Shown piece after piece: positions 38,860-47,941 of a DNA stretch of 64,000 bases. The stretch spans positions 1 to 64,000 of the IMG/VR virus record IMGVR_UViG_3300032268_000694. One strand, written 5' to 3'. The translations under genes and the position numbers were made by a program. The stretch comes from a virus. The stretch's first letter is position 1. Every line of letters begins with the position of its first letter. The notes under the pieces are model-generated. The model was given only the letters and a program-made list of their open reading frames with translations, had not been told where the DNA came from and did not search any database.

Positions 38860-39096
38860 ATGTCAGAAACAAAAAGGTTAAAAACACAAGACGGAACAAT
38901 AGTATACTACTTAGATGGTAAAATGCATAATTTTGATGGCCCCGCCTATTTACCTCAAGGCAACAAACGCGCAGCTGAATATTATGTATTCGGAGTTAAA
39001 TTTACCAAATATCAGTTTGATAATATTAAAAAAGATAATAATGGTGTTCCGTTCTACAAAACAGCAGCTGGTAAAGCAGCAGGCGCTAGAGTTTAA
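38860..39096 (+). CDS. Small MORN-like repeat protein
   Basis: DGKMHNFDGPA...EYYVFG motif. Confidence 0.7.
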   Translation: MSETKRLKTQDGTIVYYLDGKMHNFDGPAYLPQGNKRAAEYYVFGVKFTKYQFDNIKKDNNGVPFYKTAAGKAAGARV

Positions 39097-39123
39097 GCAA
39101 AGTAAAAATTATACATTTATTGT

Positions 39124-39372
39124 ATGAGTAGAGGAAGACCAGCAGCAATAGAACCAGTAGAAGCACCACGTAAATATACTCGTATTTATGAAGATGAATA
39201 TGCTATTGAAACGTGGAGTTTCGATGTGGACAAATTTTCTAGAGGACCTATTTCTGTAGAGATTAAGTATAAGACCGGTGCTGAAAAAGCTATTAAACAA
39301 AATGCTAAGCAAGTAAAGCAGGATAAGAAAACTGCTCGTCAAATGAAAAAAATAAACGAAAGAAACAAATGA
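39124..39372 (+). CDS. Basic hypothetical protein
   Basis: ORF track; RGRP N-terminus; coupled to the next gene. Confidence 0.7.
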   Translation: MSRGRPAAIEPVEAPRKYTRIYEDEYAIETWSFDVDKFSRGPISVEIKYKTGAEKAIKQNAKQVKQDKKTARQMKKINERNK

Positions 39373-39887
39373 GAATAGGATTAGTAGGTACAATGAGTGT
39401 AGGTAAAACTACATTAGCAAAAGCATTAGGTGAAATTGATCCATTTAAAGATCATAGTGTATATACTGAGCGTAGTAAATACTTACGTGATTTAGGTATT
39501 CCATTGAATACTGATTCTACATTACCAGGTCAATTTGTATTTTTAGCTGAACGTGCTACTGAATTATTATATCCAAATATTATTACTGATAGAACAATAT
39601 GGGATGTATGTGCATTTACATTAGGTTCTAAATCAATAGAAGAATTTGCAAAGCGTGCGTTTGTTGATGCTGCTATGTTTTTACGCAATAATTATGATTT
39701 AGTTGTTTATGTATCACCACGTGGCGTTAGTATGGAAGATAACGGTGTACGTGAAACTGATTTACATTATAGACGTAAAATTGATGAAGTTATTAAAATG
39801 TCACTAATTGAATATAGACCAAATAAATTAATTGAGGTAGAAGGCACAACAGAGGAACGTATCGCTACAATTTTACAAAATCTATAA
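39369..39887 (+). CDS. P-loop nucleoside/nucleotide kinase (AAA_28/NadR-like)
   Basis: GTMSVGKTT; ITDRT..D; EDNGVR. Confidence 0.82.
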   Translation: MRIGLVGTMSVGKTTLAKALGEIDPFKDHSVYTERSKYLRDLGIPLNTDSTLPGQFVFLAERATELLYPNIITDRTIWDVCAFTLGSKSIEEFAKRAFVDAAMFLRNNYDLVVYVSPRGVSMEDNGVRETDLHYRRKIDEVIKMSLIEYRPNKLIEVEGTTEERIATILQNL

Positions 39888-39912
39888 TATTTATATGCAC
39901 AACAATAACAAA

Positions 39913-40941
39913 ATGAAAGTAACAGAACTACAAGAAATTATTCGTAACGTTATTAAAGAAGCGTTAAATGAAGATCAAGCTGCTGACAAAGCAGCACAAG
40001 ACGCTGAAAAAGCATCTGTACAAAAACAAATATCTGCCCTTAATAAAAAGAAATCAGAATTAAGTACAAATAAACCATCATCAGAAGATAAACCAGCACA
40101 AGATGCTGAAAAAATTGCTGTAGATAAAAAAATTGCTACATTAAATAAAAAAACACAAAAATTAAATAAACCAGGTATTTCATCACTTGAATTAGATGAA
40201 ATGGCAAACGTATCAGTACGTTACCAATTAGCTGGTGATGCTAATGCCGATGATTTTAAAGGTAAGAAAAATAGAATTATCACTGCTATGAAAGCCACAG
40301 GCGAGCCTATGGCAAAAATCGACGTAGCTGGTGAGTTAGGATACGACAAGCAAAATCCAATCAACTCTGATTTCATGGAACTTGTAGCCTCAGGTGTTAT
40401 TGAACCAGCAGGTGAACAAAAAGCACCACGTCTAACTCGTCCGGCATCTGATAAGCCAAAAGGTGGCGAAGGCGAAGATGATTTTGTTACTGGTGATTTA
40501 AGTGATGAAGAAGTAGACGCTATGTTTGCTAAAGCAAAAGCATCAGGTGATGAAGAACCCGAAATTGGTGATATTGAAAAAGCAGATGTATCTGCTGCTA
40601 AAATGTCAGATGAAGATTATGAAGCGTTTATGAAAGTTTCTGATTTAGAAAATCGTTTAGCTGCTACTAAATCTAATATCTTAAAATTAAAGAAATCAAA
40701 AATAGCTGCAGGTGATATTAGCGATAAACCATCAGATGAATTATTACGTTTACGTGATTTAAAAGCATCATTAGAAAAACGTATTGATGATATCGTTGGT
40801 TCTTCTAAATATTTACAACAACGTCAAGAAAAGACTACAGGCAAAAAATATGAGCCTATTAATATTGAAGATGTAGAAACAGAACCATTAGATGAATGGA
40901 CTATAAATAGAATGCAATTTTATGCGGGAATTAAAAAATAA
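39913..40941 (+). CDS. Leader-bearing head protein with HTH-like segment
   Basis: MKVTELQEIIRNVIKEALNE; internal AQDAEK duplication; C-terminal LDEWTINRMQFYAGIKK; alternative start at 39895. Confidence 0.75.
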   Translation: MKVTELQEIIRNVIKEALNEDQAADKAAQDAEKASVQKQISALNKKKSELSTNKPSSEDKPAQDAEKIAVDKKIATLNKKTQKLNKPGISSLELDEMANVSVRYQLAGDANADDFKGKKNRIITAMKATGEPMAKIDVAGELGYDKQNPINSDFMELVASGVIEPAGEQKAPRLTRPASDKPKGGEGEDDFVTGDLSDEEVDAMFAKAKASGDEEPEIGDIEKADVSAAKMSDEDYEAFMKVSDLENRLAATKSNILKLKKSKIAAGDISDKPSDELLRLRDLKASLEKRIDDIVGSSKYLQQRQEKTTGKKYEPINIEDVETEPLDEWTINRMQFYAGIKK

Positions 40942-40945
40942 AAAT

Positions 40946-41629
40946 ATGAAAAAAGTTTTACCGATTGTTTTATTTGCTATAATAACAATATTGATCGGCA
41001 GTGTATTATTTGAAAAATGTAACAACAACGTTGAGCATAAAGTATTTTTAGCTCAAGTAGATAGTTTACATAAAGTAAACGATTCATTAGAAGCAGAAAT
41101 TGCTAAAGACGATGCTGAAATTGATTCTTTAGACTTAGTAGCTGTTGAGTTACAATATAAAGTAGATCACCAAAAAGCAAAAGTTAAAACTATTGTTGAG
41201 TATATTGAAATAGAAAAAAATAGTATTGATGCTTATTCTGATCCTGAATTAGTAACATCATTTAACAACCGTTACCCAACAGATACAATTAGTAATCCAT
41301 TATTAATAGCACAACCAGTATTAGTTAGCGCTGCTAAGGATTTAGTAGAATTAGACGGTGCTAAACAAATTATAGTATTAAAAGATAGTTCTATCACTAC
41401 ATTAGAAGCAAAAGTAACAGTTAAAGATAGTGTTATTGGAAAATATGCTAATAAAGAACTTAACTACAAAAACATTATCCTGAATAAAGATAAAGAAATT
41501 ACAGGATGGGAAGGACAATATCAAAAATTAGAATTACAATACAATAAACTAAAAGTAAAATCTAAATTCCAACGCATAGGAAGCTATGTAGTAATTGGTG
41601 GATTAGCTTACTTGATGTTAGTAAAATAG
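40946..41629 (+). CDS. Membrane-anchored coiled-coil protein, spanin-like candidate
   Basis: N-terminal TM, long coiled coil, C-terminal hydrophobic segment; several D-S/T-L/V/I motifs. Confidence 0.55.
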   Translation: MKKVLPIVLFAIITILIGSVLFEKCNNNVEHKVFLAQVDSLHKVNDSLEAEIAKDDAEIDSLDLVAVELQYKVDHQKAKVKTIVEYIEIEKNSIDAYSDPELVTSFNNRYPTDTISNPLLIAQPVLVSAAKDLVELDGAKQIIVLKDSSITTLEAKVTVKDSVIGKYANKELNYKNIILNKDKEITGWEGQYQKLELQYNKLKVKSKFQRIGSYVVIGGLAYLMLVK

Positions 41630-41639
41630 TAGTGCTACC

Positions 41640-41717
41640 TTAGGGATTCACTCCGTTAAGCATTCTTAGACCAATGCGAAAACATGCCCCGCTATAGTCT
41701 CAGTATTATAGCCCTGA
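41640..41717 (+). ncRNA. Candidate structured RNA upstream of terminase
   Basis: Closing helix TTAGG/CCTGA around two hairpins (GCATT/AATGC, GCTATA/TATAGC) whose loops carry complementary AGAC/GTCT. Confidence 0.4.
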
Positions 41718-41746
41718 CTCCAACCCCGTAAGGTTGGAGTTTTTTT
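41717..41746 (+). terminator. Intrinsic terminator
   Basis: ACTCCAACC-CCGTAA-GGTTGGAGT followed by T6. Confidence 0.88.
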
Positions 41747-41760
41747 ATATATTTATATAC

Positions 41761-43344
41761 ATGAGTCAAGCGAACATTAAGGAAATAATTAAACAGGAAT
41801 ACATCAAATGTGCTACTGATCCCGTTCACTTCTTTAGGAAATATTGTTACATTACACATCCAATTAAAGGTAGAGTTTTGTTTCATCTATATCCATTCCA
41901 AGAAGATGTATTGAATGATTTTAGAAGTAACAGGTTTTGTATTATCAATAAATCAAGACAGTTAGGTATATCAACATTATCAGCTGGTTTTGCTTTATGG
42001 ACAATGATATTTAATAAAGATAAAACTATATTGTGTATTGCGACGAAGCAAGAAACAGCTAAAGGAATGGTGGATAAGGTACAATTTATGTATAATAACT
42101 TACCTTCTTGGCTAAGAGGTAATCAAAAACCACTATCCGATAACAAATTATCATTAAAATTAGCCAATAACTCTCAGATTGTTGCTACATCAGCCGCATC
42201 AGATGCAGGTAGATCTTACGCCGTTTCGTTACTACTTATAGATGAGGCCGCGTTCATTGAAGGAATTGATAAAATCTATACGAGTATTAAACCTACTATT
42301 GCAACTGGTGGAGGAATTATTGCATTATCATCTCCTAATGGTGTTGGTAACTGGTTTCACAAAATGTACACTGAAGCCGAGATTAATAAAAATGATTTTA
42401 AAGCAATTAAATTAAAATGGGATCTACATCCTGATAGAACTGGTGATTGGGAAGCAACAGAGCGAACAAATATGTCTCCAAGAGAGTTTGCTCAAGAATA
42501 TGACTGTGACTTTCTAGGATCTGGCAATTCAGTTATTGAACCCGATCTATTATCTTTTTATGAAGAAACTTTTATTACAGAGCCTGTTGAACGTCGTTTT
42601 ATGGGTGGTGATTTTTGGATCTGGACTTACCCTGATTATTCTAAGCAGTATTTGGTATGCGCCGACGTTGCTCGGGGAGACGGTTCGGATTATTCAGCGT
42701 TCCATGTCATCGATGCGACAACGTGTGAGCAAGTGGCTGAATATAAATCACAAGTTGATACTCGTACTTTTGGTAATATGCTTGTGTCTGTTGCTACTGA
42801 GTATAATAATGCTTTACTTGTGGTTGAGAATGCTAATATTGGCTGGGATGTCGTTAATACGATAATTGAAAAAGGATATCCTAAATTATATTATTCACCT
42901 AGAGCTTATGGTGAAATGCATATGGATAAATGGCTAGATAAAATGGATAAGGAACAAACCGTTCCTGGATTCACTACATCAGCTAAAACAAGACCACTTG
43001 TTATCTCAAAGATGGAGTCGTATATTCGGGAGAAAGTATTTACCTTTCACTCAAAACGTCTATTAGAAGAATTACGTGTGTTTATTTGGCAACATGGAAA
43101 AGCACAAGCACAAAATGGATATAATGATGACTTGGTAATGGCGTTAGGAATGGGATTATTTACTCGTGATACTGCAATGAAATTCTACGAACAAGGAGTA
43201 GATTTGAATAGAGCAATGGTCTCAAATATCACTAGAACAGGATATGGCTATACAGGCCCTTCAATGCCTGGTGGTCAACAAAATCCATTTATGGTTGATA
43301 ACGGTCACGGACAGTTCGAAGATATAACATGGGTGTTAGGTTAA
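41761..43344 (+). CDS. terL: Terminase large subunit (T4 gp17-like)
   Basis: LYPFQ, KSRQLGIST (Walker A), LLIDEAAF (Walker B), SSPNG, ADVARGDGSDYS, NDDLVMA; ATG 41761 after the late motif. Confidence 0.95.
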   Translation: MSQANIKEIIKQEYIKCATDPVHFFRKYCYITHPIKGRVLFHLYPFQEDVLNDFRSNRFCIINKSRQLGISTLSAGFALWTMIFNKDKTILCIATKQETAKGMVDKVQFMYNNLPSWLRGNQKPLSDNKLSLKLANNSQIVATSAASDAGRSYAVSLLLIDEAAFIEGIDKIYTSIKPTIATGGGIIALSSPNGVGNWFHKMYTEAEINKNDFKAIKLKWDLHPDRTGDWEATERTNMSPREFAQEYDCDFLGSGNSVIEPDLLSFYEETFITEPVERRFMGGDFWIWTYPDYSKQYLVCADVARGDGSDYSAFHVIDATTCEQVAEYKSQVDTRTFGNMLVSVATEYNNALLVVENANIGWDVVNTIIEKGYPKLYYSPRAYGEMHMDKWLDKMDKEQTVPGFTTSAKTRPLVISKMESYIREKVFTFHSKRLLEELRVFIWQHGKAQAQNGYNDDLVMALGMGLFTRDTAMKFYEQGVDLNRAMVSNITRTGYGYTGPSMPGGQQNPFMVDNGHGQFEDITWVLG

Positions 43345-43375
43345 TAAATATTTATTGATACAATAAAACAAAATA

Positions 43376-45253
43376 ATGGCAGAACAACAACCAGGTTTGT
43401 TTGGTAGGCTTACACGTTTATTTAGTACAGATGTTATCATCAGAAATGTTGGTGGTAATCAATTAAAAACTATAGACGTTGATAGAATCCAAGCCTACGG
43501 TAACGTAAAGACAAACGCATTAATAGATAGATTTACTAAGTTGCACAGATACGGAGCTAATATGCCGTACAACCCAACAATGAACTATCAAACATTGCGT
43601 ATTCAGTTATATACTGACTACGAAGCAATGGATACAGAATCAATTATCGCTTCAGCATTAGATATCATTGCTGATGAATCTACATTAAAGAATGAAGCTG
43701 GAGAAGTAATACAAATCAGAAGCGCTGACGAAAACGTTCAACGTATTCTTTATAATTTATTCTATGACGTATTAAACATTGAGTTTAATTTATGGTTGTG
43801 GGTTAGAAATATGTGTAAATATGGTGATTTTTATTTACATATGGAAGTAGCTGAAAAATTTGGTATTTACAATGTAACACCACTTTCAGTTTACGATATG
43901 GTTCGTGAAGAAGGACAAGATCCTGAAAACCCATCTTACGTATGCTTCAGGATCGACCCAACGGTAATAGCTGCTGGTGGTATGAGTAGCCGTGTTAAAG
44001 ACAGAGATGGTAAGATCAAATTTGAAAACTATGAAATAGCGCATTTTAGGCTATTAACTGACGCTAACTACTTACCTTATGGACGCTCGTTTATTGAACC
44101 TGCTCGTAAAACTTACAAACAGTATGTGCTGATGAAGGATGCAATGTTATTGCACCGCATCACACGCGCCCCGGAAAAACGCGTATTCACTGTAAACGTT
44201 GGTAATATTCCTCCTGCTGAAGTAGATAACTACATGCAGAAGATTATGCAAAAGATGAAAAAAACACCTATGTTTGATCATCAAACAGGCGATTACAACT
44301 TAAGATATAATTTACAAAACATGATGGAAGATTTTTATCTTCCGACTCGTGGTAATGATACAGCAACTAAGATTGACACAATCAAAGGTTTGGAATATAA
44401 CGCAATTGATGATGTGAATTTCTTACGTGATGAAATGTTAGCAGCGCTTAAGGTACCTAAAGCATTCTTCGGATTTGAAAAAGATCTAACAGGTAAAGCT
44501 ACATTAGCTGCTGAAGATATTCGCTTCGCTCGTACAGTTGAACGTATTCAACGTATTATATTATCTGAATTGTATAAAATGGCATTAGTGCATTTATACG
44601 TTCAAGGATATGATGGTGAAACATTATCAAACTTTGAATTATCATTAACCACTCCATCAGTAATCTACGAACAAGAAAAAGTAGCATTGTGGAAGGAAAA
44701 AGTTGAATTAGCTAAATCAATCCAAGATACAAACCTACTACCTTCAGACTGGATTTATGATTACATATTCCAATTCAGCGAAGATCAATACGATGAAATG
44801 CGCGATTTAGTAATTGAAGATAAAAAACGTGCCTTTAGATTAGCTCAAGTAGAGAACGAAGGTAATGATCCAGCTAAAACTGGTAAGTCATTTGGTACAC
44901 CACACGATTTAGCATCAATGTATGGTAAAGGTAGATCAGGAATGAATGTAGATGGAGCAATACCTCCAGGCTATGATGAGAAACGCCCAGTTGGTCGTCC
45001 TAAAGAAAAAGCATCTATGATCAATACACAAAACGATCCATTAGGTAAAGATAGATTAGGAGCTGGTGAAAACGGTACACTATATACCGCAAATATACCT
45101 GATGAAGGAAGCGGTACTCCTAAAGCAATGTTTGAACTTAAAAAATACAAAGGATTATTTGAGGGATTAAACATAGCTCGCAAGGAACTTGCAATGGGAC
45201 CTGATCAGGAACCATCGTTATTAGACGAGAAAAATATCAAGGACATACAATAA
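43376..45253 (+). CDS. Portal protein (T4 gp20-like)
   Basis: YEAMD....IASALDIIADE, RITRAPEKRVF, MEDFYLP, ALKVPK; follows terL. Confidence 0.93.
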   Translation: MAEQQPGLFGRLTRLFSTDVIIRNVGGNQLKTIDVDRIQAYGNVKTNALIDRFTKLHRYGANMPYNPTMNYQTLRIQLYTDYEAMDTESIIASALDIIADESTLKNEAGEVIQIRSADENVQRILYNLFYDVLNIEFNLWLWVRNMCKYGDFYLHMEVAEKFGIYNVTPLSVYDMVREEGQDPENPSYVCFRIDPTVIAAGGMSSRVKDRDGKIKFENYEIAHFRLLTDANYLPYGRSFIEPARKTYKQYVLMKDAMLLHRITRAPEKRVFTVNVGNIPPAEVDNYMQKIMQKMKKTPMFDHQTGDYNLRYNLQNMMEDFYLPTRGNDTATKIDTIKGLEYNAIDDVNFLRDEMLAALKVPKAFFGFEKDLTGKATLAAEDIRFARTVERIQRIILSELYKMALVHLYVQGYDGETLSNFELSLTTPSVIYEQEKVALWKEKVELAKSIQDTNLLPSDWIYDYIFQFSEDQYDEMRDLVIEDKKRAFRLAQVENEGNDPAKTGKSFGTPHDLASMYGKGRSGMNVDGAIPPGYDEKRPVGRPKEKASMINTQNDPLGKDRLGAGENGTLYTANIPDEGSGTPKAMFELKKYKGLFEGLNIARKELAMGPDQEPSLLDEKNIKDIQ

Positions 45254-45286
45254 TCACATATTTATAGGTAGTGCACACTATTCATT

Positions 45287-46141
45287 ATGAAAATAAAACA
45301 CAGCAAATTTAAGAATACAGGAATATTGTTCGAGCTATTGGTACGCCAAATTGCATCGGATACTGTATCTAATAAAGATTCAGCTGCTATCGGATTAGTT
45401 AGAAAATATTTTAATAAATCAGAGTTAGCTAAAGAATATAAATTGTATCAAGCGTTAATTACGCCGAAAAATTTAAGTGAAGCTAAAGCCGAGACGTTTA
45501 TTAACTCGACACTTGAGGCTTCTTCTCGTTTAAATAAAACGAATTTACGTAAAGAAAAATATAATATCATTAAAGAAATTCGTGAATCTTATGATTTAGA
45601 AGAATTCTTTAAAGCAAAAATTAGCCATTACAAGCAATATGCAGCAGCATTTAATTTAATTGAATCACATAACTCCCCAGAATTTACTGCCCCACAGCAA
45701 ATTATCGATAATAAAATTACATTACTTGAACATATTACTCGTAAAGAGATTGATAAAGAAAGTGTTAAAGATCGTGTAATGGAAGAATATGGTAATATGG
45801 ATAAAGGTACTCGTATACTTGCTTATCGCATGTTGTTAGAGAAATTTAATAGTAAATATTCTACCTTGTCTGACACTCAGAAAAATGTATTGAAAGAATT
45901 TATCAATAACATCACTAATACAACTAAATTACGTGATTTTGTTAATAAAAATTTTATAGCTATTGCTGAAGAAATTAATCAAATTATCCCTACTGTAACA
46001 GATAAAACAACACAAATTAAATTATCTGAAGTAGTTACATTATTAGCGCCTTTAGATAAGACTCAAAACGTAAAAGACGAAAATATTATTTCGTTATTAC
46101 AATATCATCAATTAATTGAAGAATTAAAAACAGTAAAATAA
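45287..46141 (+). CDS. Conserved helical protein following portal (head assembly, inferred)
   Basis: MKIKHSKFKNTGILFELLVRQ; late motif at 45258. Confidence 0.7.
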   Translation: MKIKHSKFKNTGILFELLVRQIASDTVSNKDSAAIGLVRKYFNKSELAKEYKLYQALITPKNLSEAKAETFINSTLEASSRLNKTNLRKEKYNIIKEIRESYDLEEFFKAKISHYKQYAAAFNLIESHNSPEFTAPQQIIDNKITLLEHITRKEIDKESVKDRVMEEYGNMDKGTRILAYRMLLEKFNSKYSTLSDTQKNVLKEFINNITNTTKLRDFVNKNFIAIAEEINQIIPTVTDKTTQIKLSEVVTLLAPLDKTQNVKDENIISLLQYHQLIEELKTVK

Positions 46142-46671
46142 TGAATAGATTACAAGAACTAGCTGGTATCATCAATGAATCACAGCTAAATGAAGGTATA
46201 GTAGATCTATCTGATGCACAGGTAGACTTATTGATGGACAAAACTAAATTTGCTACTAAACCAGGAAGTTCTCCAGGAGTTTTTACAGTATATGATTTGT
46301 CGCGTCCAAAAGGTGCTGCATCATTCGGAGACGATATGGCTTCACAAAAAGTAGGATTTTTATGGACCCCAGAAAGTAAGTATAAAGCTTATAAGTTTGA
46401 ATCAGATGATGAAAATGCTGTAAAAAAAGTAATGGCAATAAAAGAAATTGCACCTACAGCCCCAAATACAGCCCCTAAACAAACAGCTGATGTTACTAGT
46501 TTAACAAAAATGATTCAATCTAATACTTCTTTAATGAATAAATTAAAGACAGTTAATAGTGGTCAAGAAGTAACAGAAACTATTGCTTTTATACTTAATA
46601 GTATTAATCCTAAAGCATCGGGTGTTAATAAAAGTAAACTTAAATCTATTATAGATCAGAGATTTCAATAA
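46141..46671 (+). CDS. Head-internal protein
   Basis: N-terminal MNRLQELAGIINESQLNE. Confidence 0.7.
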   Translation: MNRLQELAGIINESQLNEGIVDLSDAQVDLLMDKTKFATKPGSSPGVFTVYDLSRPKGAASFGDDMASQKVGFLWTPESKYKAYKFESDDENAVKKVMAIKEIAPTAPNTAPKQTADVTSLTKMIQSNTSLMNKLKTVNSGQEVTETIAFILNSINPKASGVNKSKLKSIIDQRFQ

Positions 46672-47807
46672 TGGACGCGAGCATAGAAAATAAACTTTTA
46701 CAAGAACAACTATTACAAGAAGCATTCTTGGATAGTGTGAAAGCATATGCTCAGGAAAAATATAATAAAATAGTTAGTACTATTAGTGATTGGAAAGATG
46801 CAGCTGCTATTATAGGAAATGTAATATCCAATCCAACAGTATTACAACGTTTTTCAGATGACGTTTGGTATAATTTCAAACGAGATACTTTAAAACGTTT
46901 AATAGCTCTTTTAAATAAATTAGGATTAAGCAATTTAGTTGCCTCTATTAATGGAGTAGTAACTAAAATTACTAGTCTTACAGGTTGGCAAAAATTTTTA
47001 GCAGCTACTGGAATTGGAGCTATTGCAGAATATGTAGTAGATAAAATGGCAGGACTTGCCCCAGATGCTATTAAAAACTTTATAGCTTCATATCTATCTG
47101 AAAATGGTTTAAAAACTATTATTTCTAAATTAACAGATTTTAAATCTTATTTAGGATGGTTACAACCAATCATTAAAGGAGTTGATATGTTGTATCAAGT
47201 AATGAAATCAAGTATTGCTAAATTTGGAACAGGTATTTTTACAAATAAAATAGATTTAGTAAAAAAAGAAAATAAAGAAATGGAATTAACAGAATACATC
47301 AAATCACTAGTACAACAAGAATTAGATGAAATGTCTGTTTCTGGTGATGCTGGTGGTTATTTATCTCCAAATGCATTTGCTAAAAAAGGACAAAAAACAA
47401 ATGCTGCAACAGCACAAGCGATAAGATCCGGTTGGACAAAAGCTTCTGGTATGCCTAAAAAATCTAAAGTATTTGATTATAAAGAATTGTGGAAAGGTAA
47501 AAAATCAGCTATGAATGAAACATTATTGAATATAATCGAACAAGAACTACTTAACGAAGTAACATACGGCAAATTTAAAAAAGACGTAAAACACAGAACT
47601 AAATCTGAGCAATTACATAAAGCTATTCGTGAAGTAAAACGCAAATTACAAGAAATTGATCGTATTGTTGAATATACGTCTCGTATGAAGCAAGAATTAA
47701 GTGAGGATGGTGGTATTAATTATTGGAAAGCAACTCAAAAGAATGTTGCTACTATTTCAGAAATGATAAATCAATTAAACAATAAAATAAAAAATCTGAA
47801 TCAATAA
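46671..47807 (+). CDS. Head-internal polyprotein
   Basis: LLQEQLLQE leader; amphipathic helical domain; internal YIKSLVQQELDE and IIEQELLNE modules. Confidence 0.7.
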   Translation: MDASIENKLLQEQLLQEAFLDSVKAYAQEKYNKIVSTISDWKDAAAIIGNVISNPTVLQRFSDDVWYNFKRDTLKRLIALLNKLGLSNLVASINGVVTKITSLTGWQKFLAATGIGAIAEYVVDKMAGLAPDAIKNFIASYLSENGLKTIISKLTDFKSYLGWLQPIIKGVDMLYQVMKSSIAKFGTGIFTNKIDLVKKENKEMELTEYIKSLVQQELDEMSVSGDAGGYLSPNAFAKKGQKTNAATAQAIRSGWTKASGMPKKSKVFDYKELWKGKKSAMNETLLNIIEQELLNEVTYGKFKKDVKHRTKSEQLHKAIREVKRKLQEIDRIVEYTSRMKQELSEDGGINYWKATQKNVATISEMINQLNNKIKNLNQ

Positions 47808-47929
47808 TGGCAAAAGTAGTAGGCAATAGCAATAAGTTATTATTTGGCAAACGCAAAAACGGATCAGCAAAAAAATCATATAACAAACATACACCACGTC
47901 CAAAAGCATATAAAGGTCAAGGTAGATAA
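47807..47929 (+). CDS. 40-aa basic peptide ending YKGQGR (not in ORF track)
   Basis: MAKVVGNSNKLLFGKRKNGSAKKSYNKHTPRPKAYKGQGR; TAATG coupling to the upstream gene. Confidence 0.7.
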   Translation: MAKVVGNSNKLLFGKRKNGSAKKSYNKHTPRPKAYKGQGR

Positions 47930-47941
47930 AATATAATATAA

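Noticed and set aside
41631-41720. Hammerhead or pistol ribozyme
   Set aside because: GAAA and CTGA words are present but there is no CUGANGA core or full pistol consensus; kept only as an unassigned structured RNA
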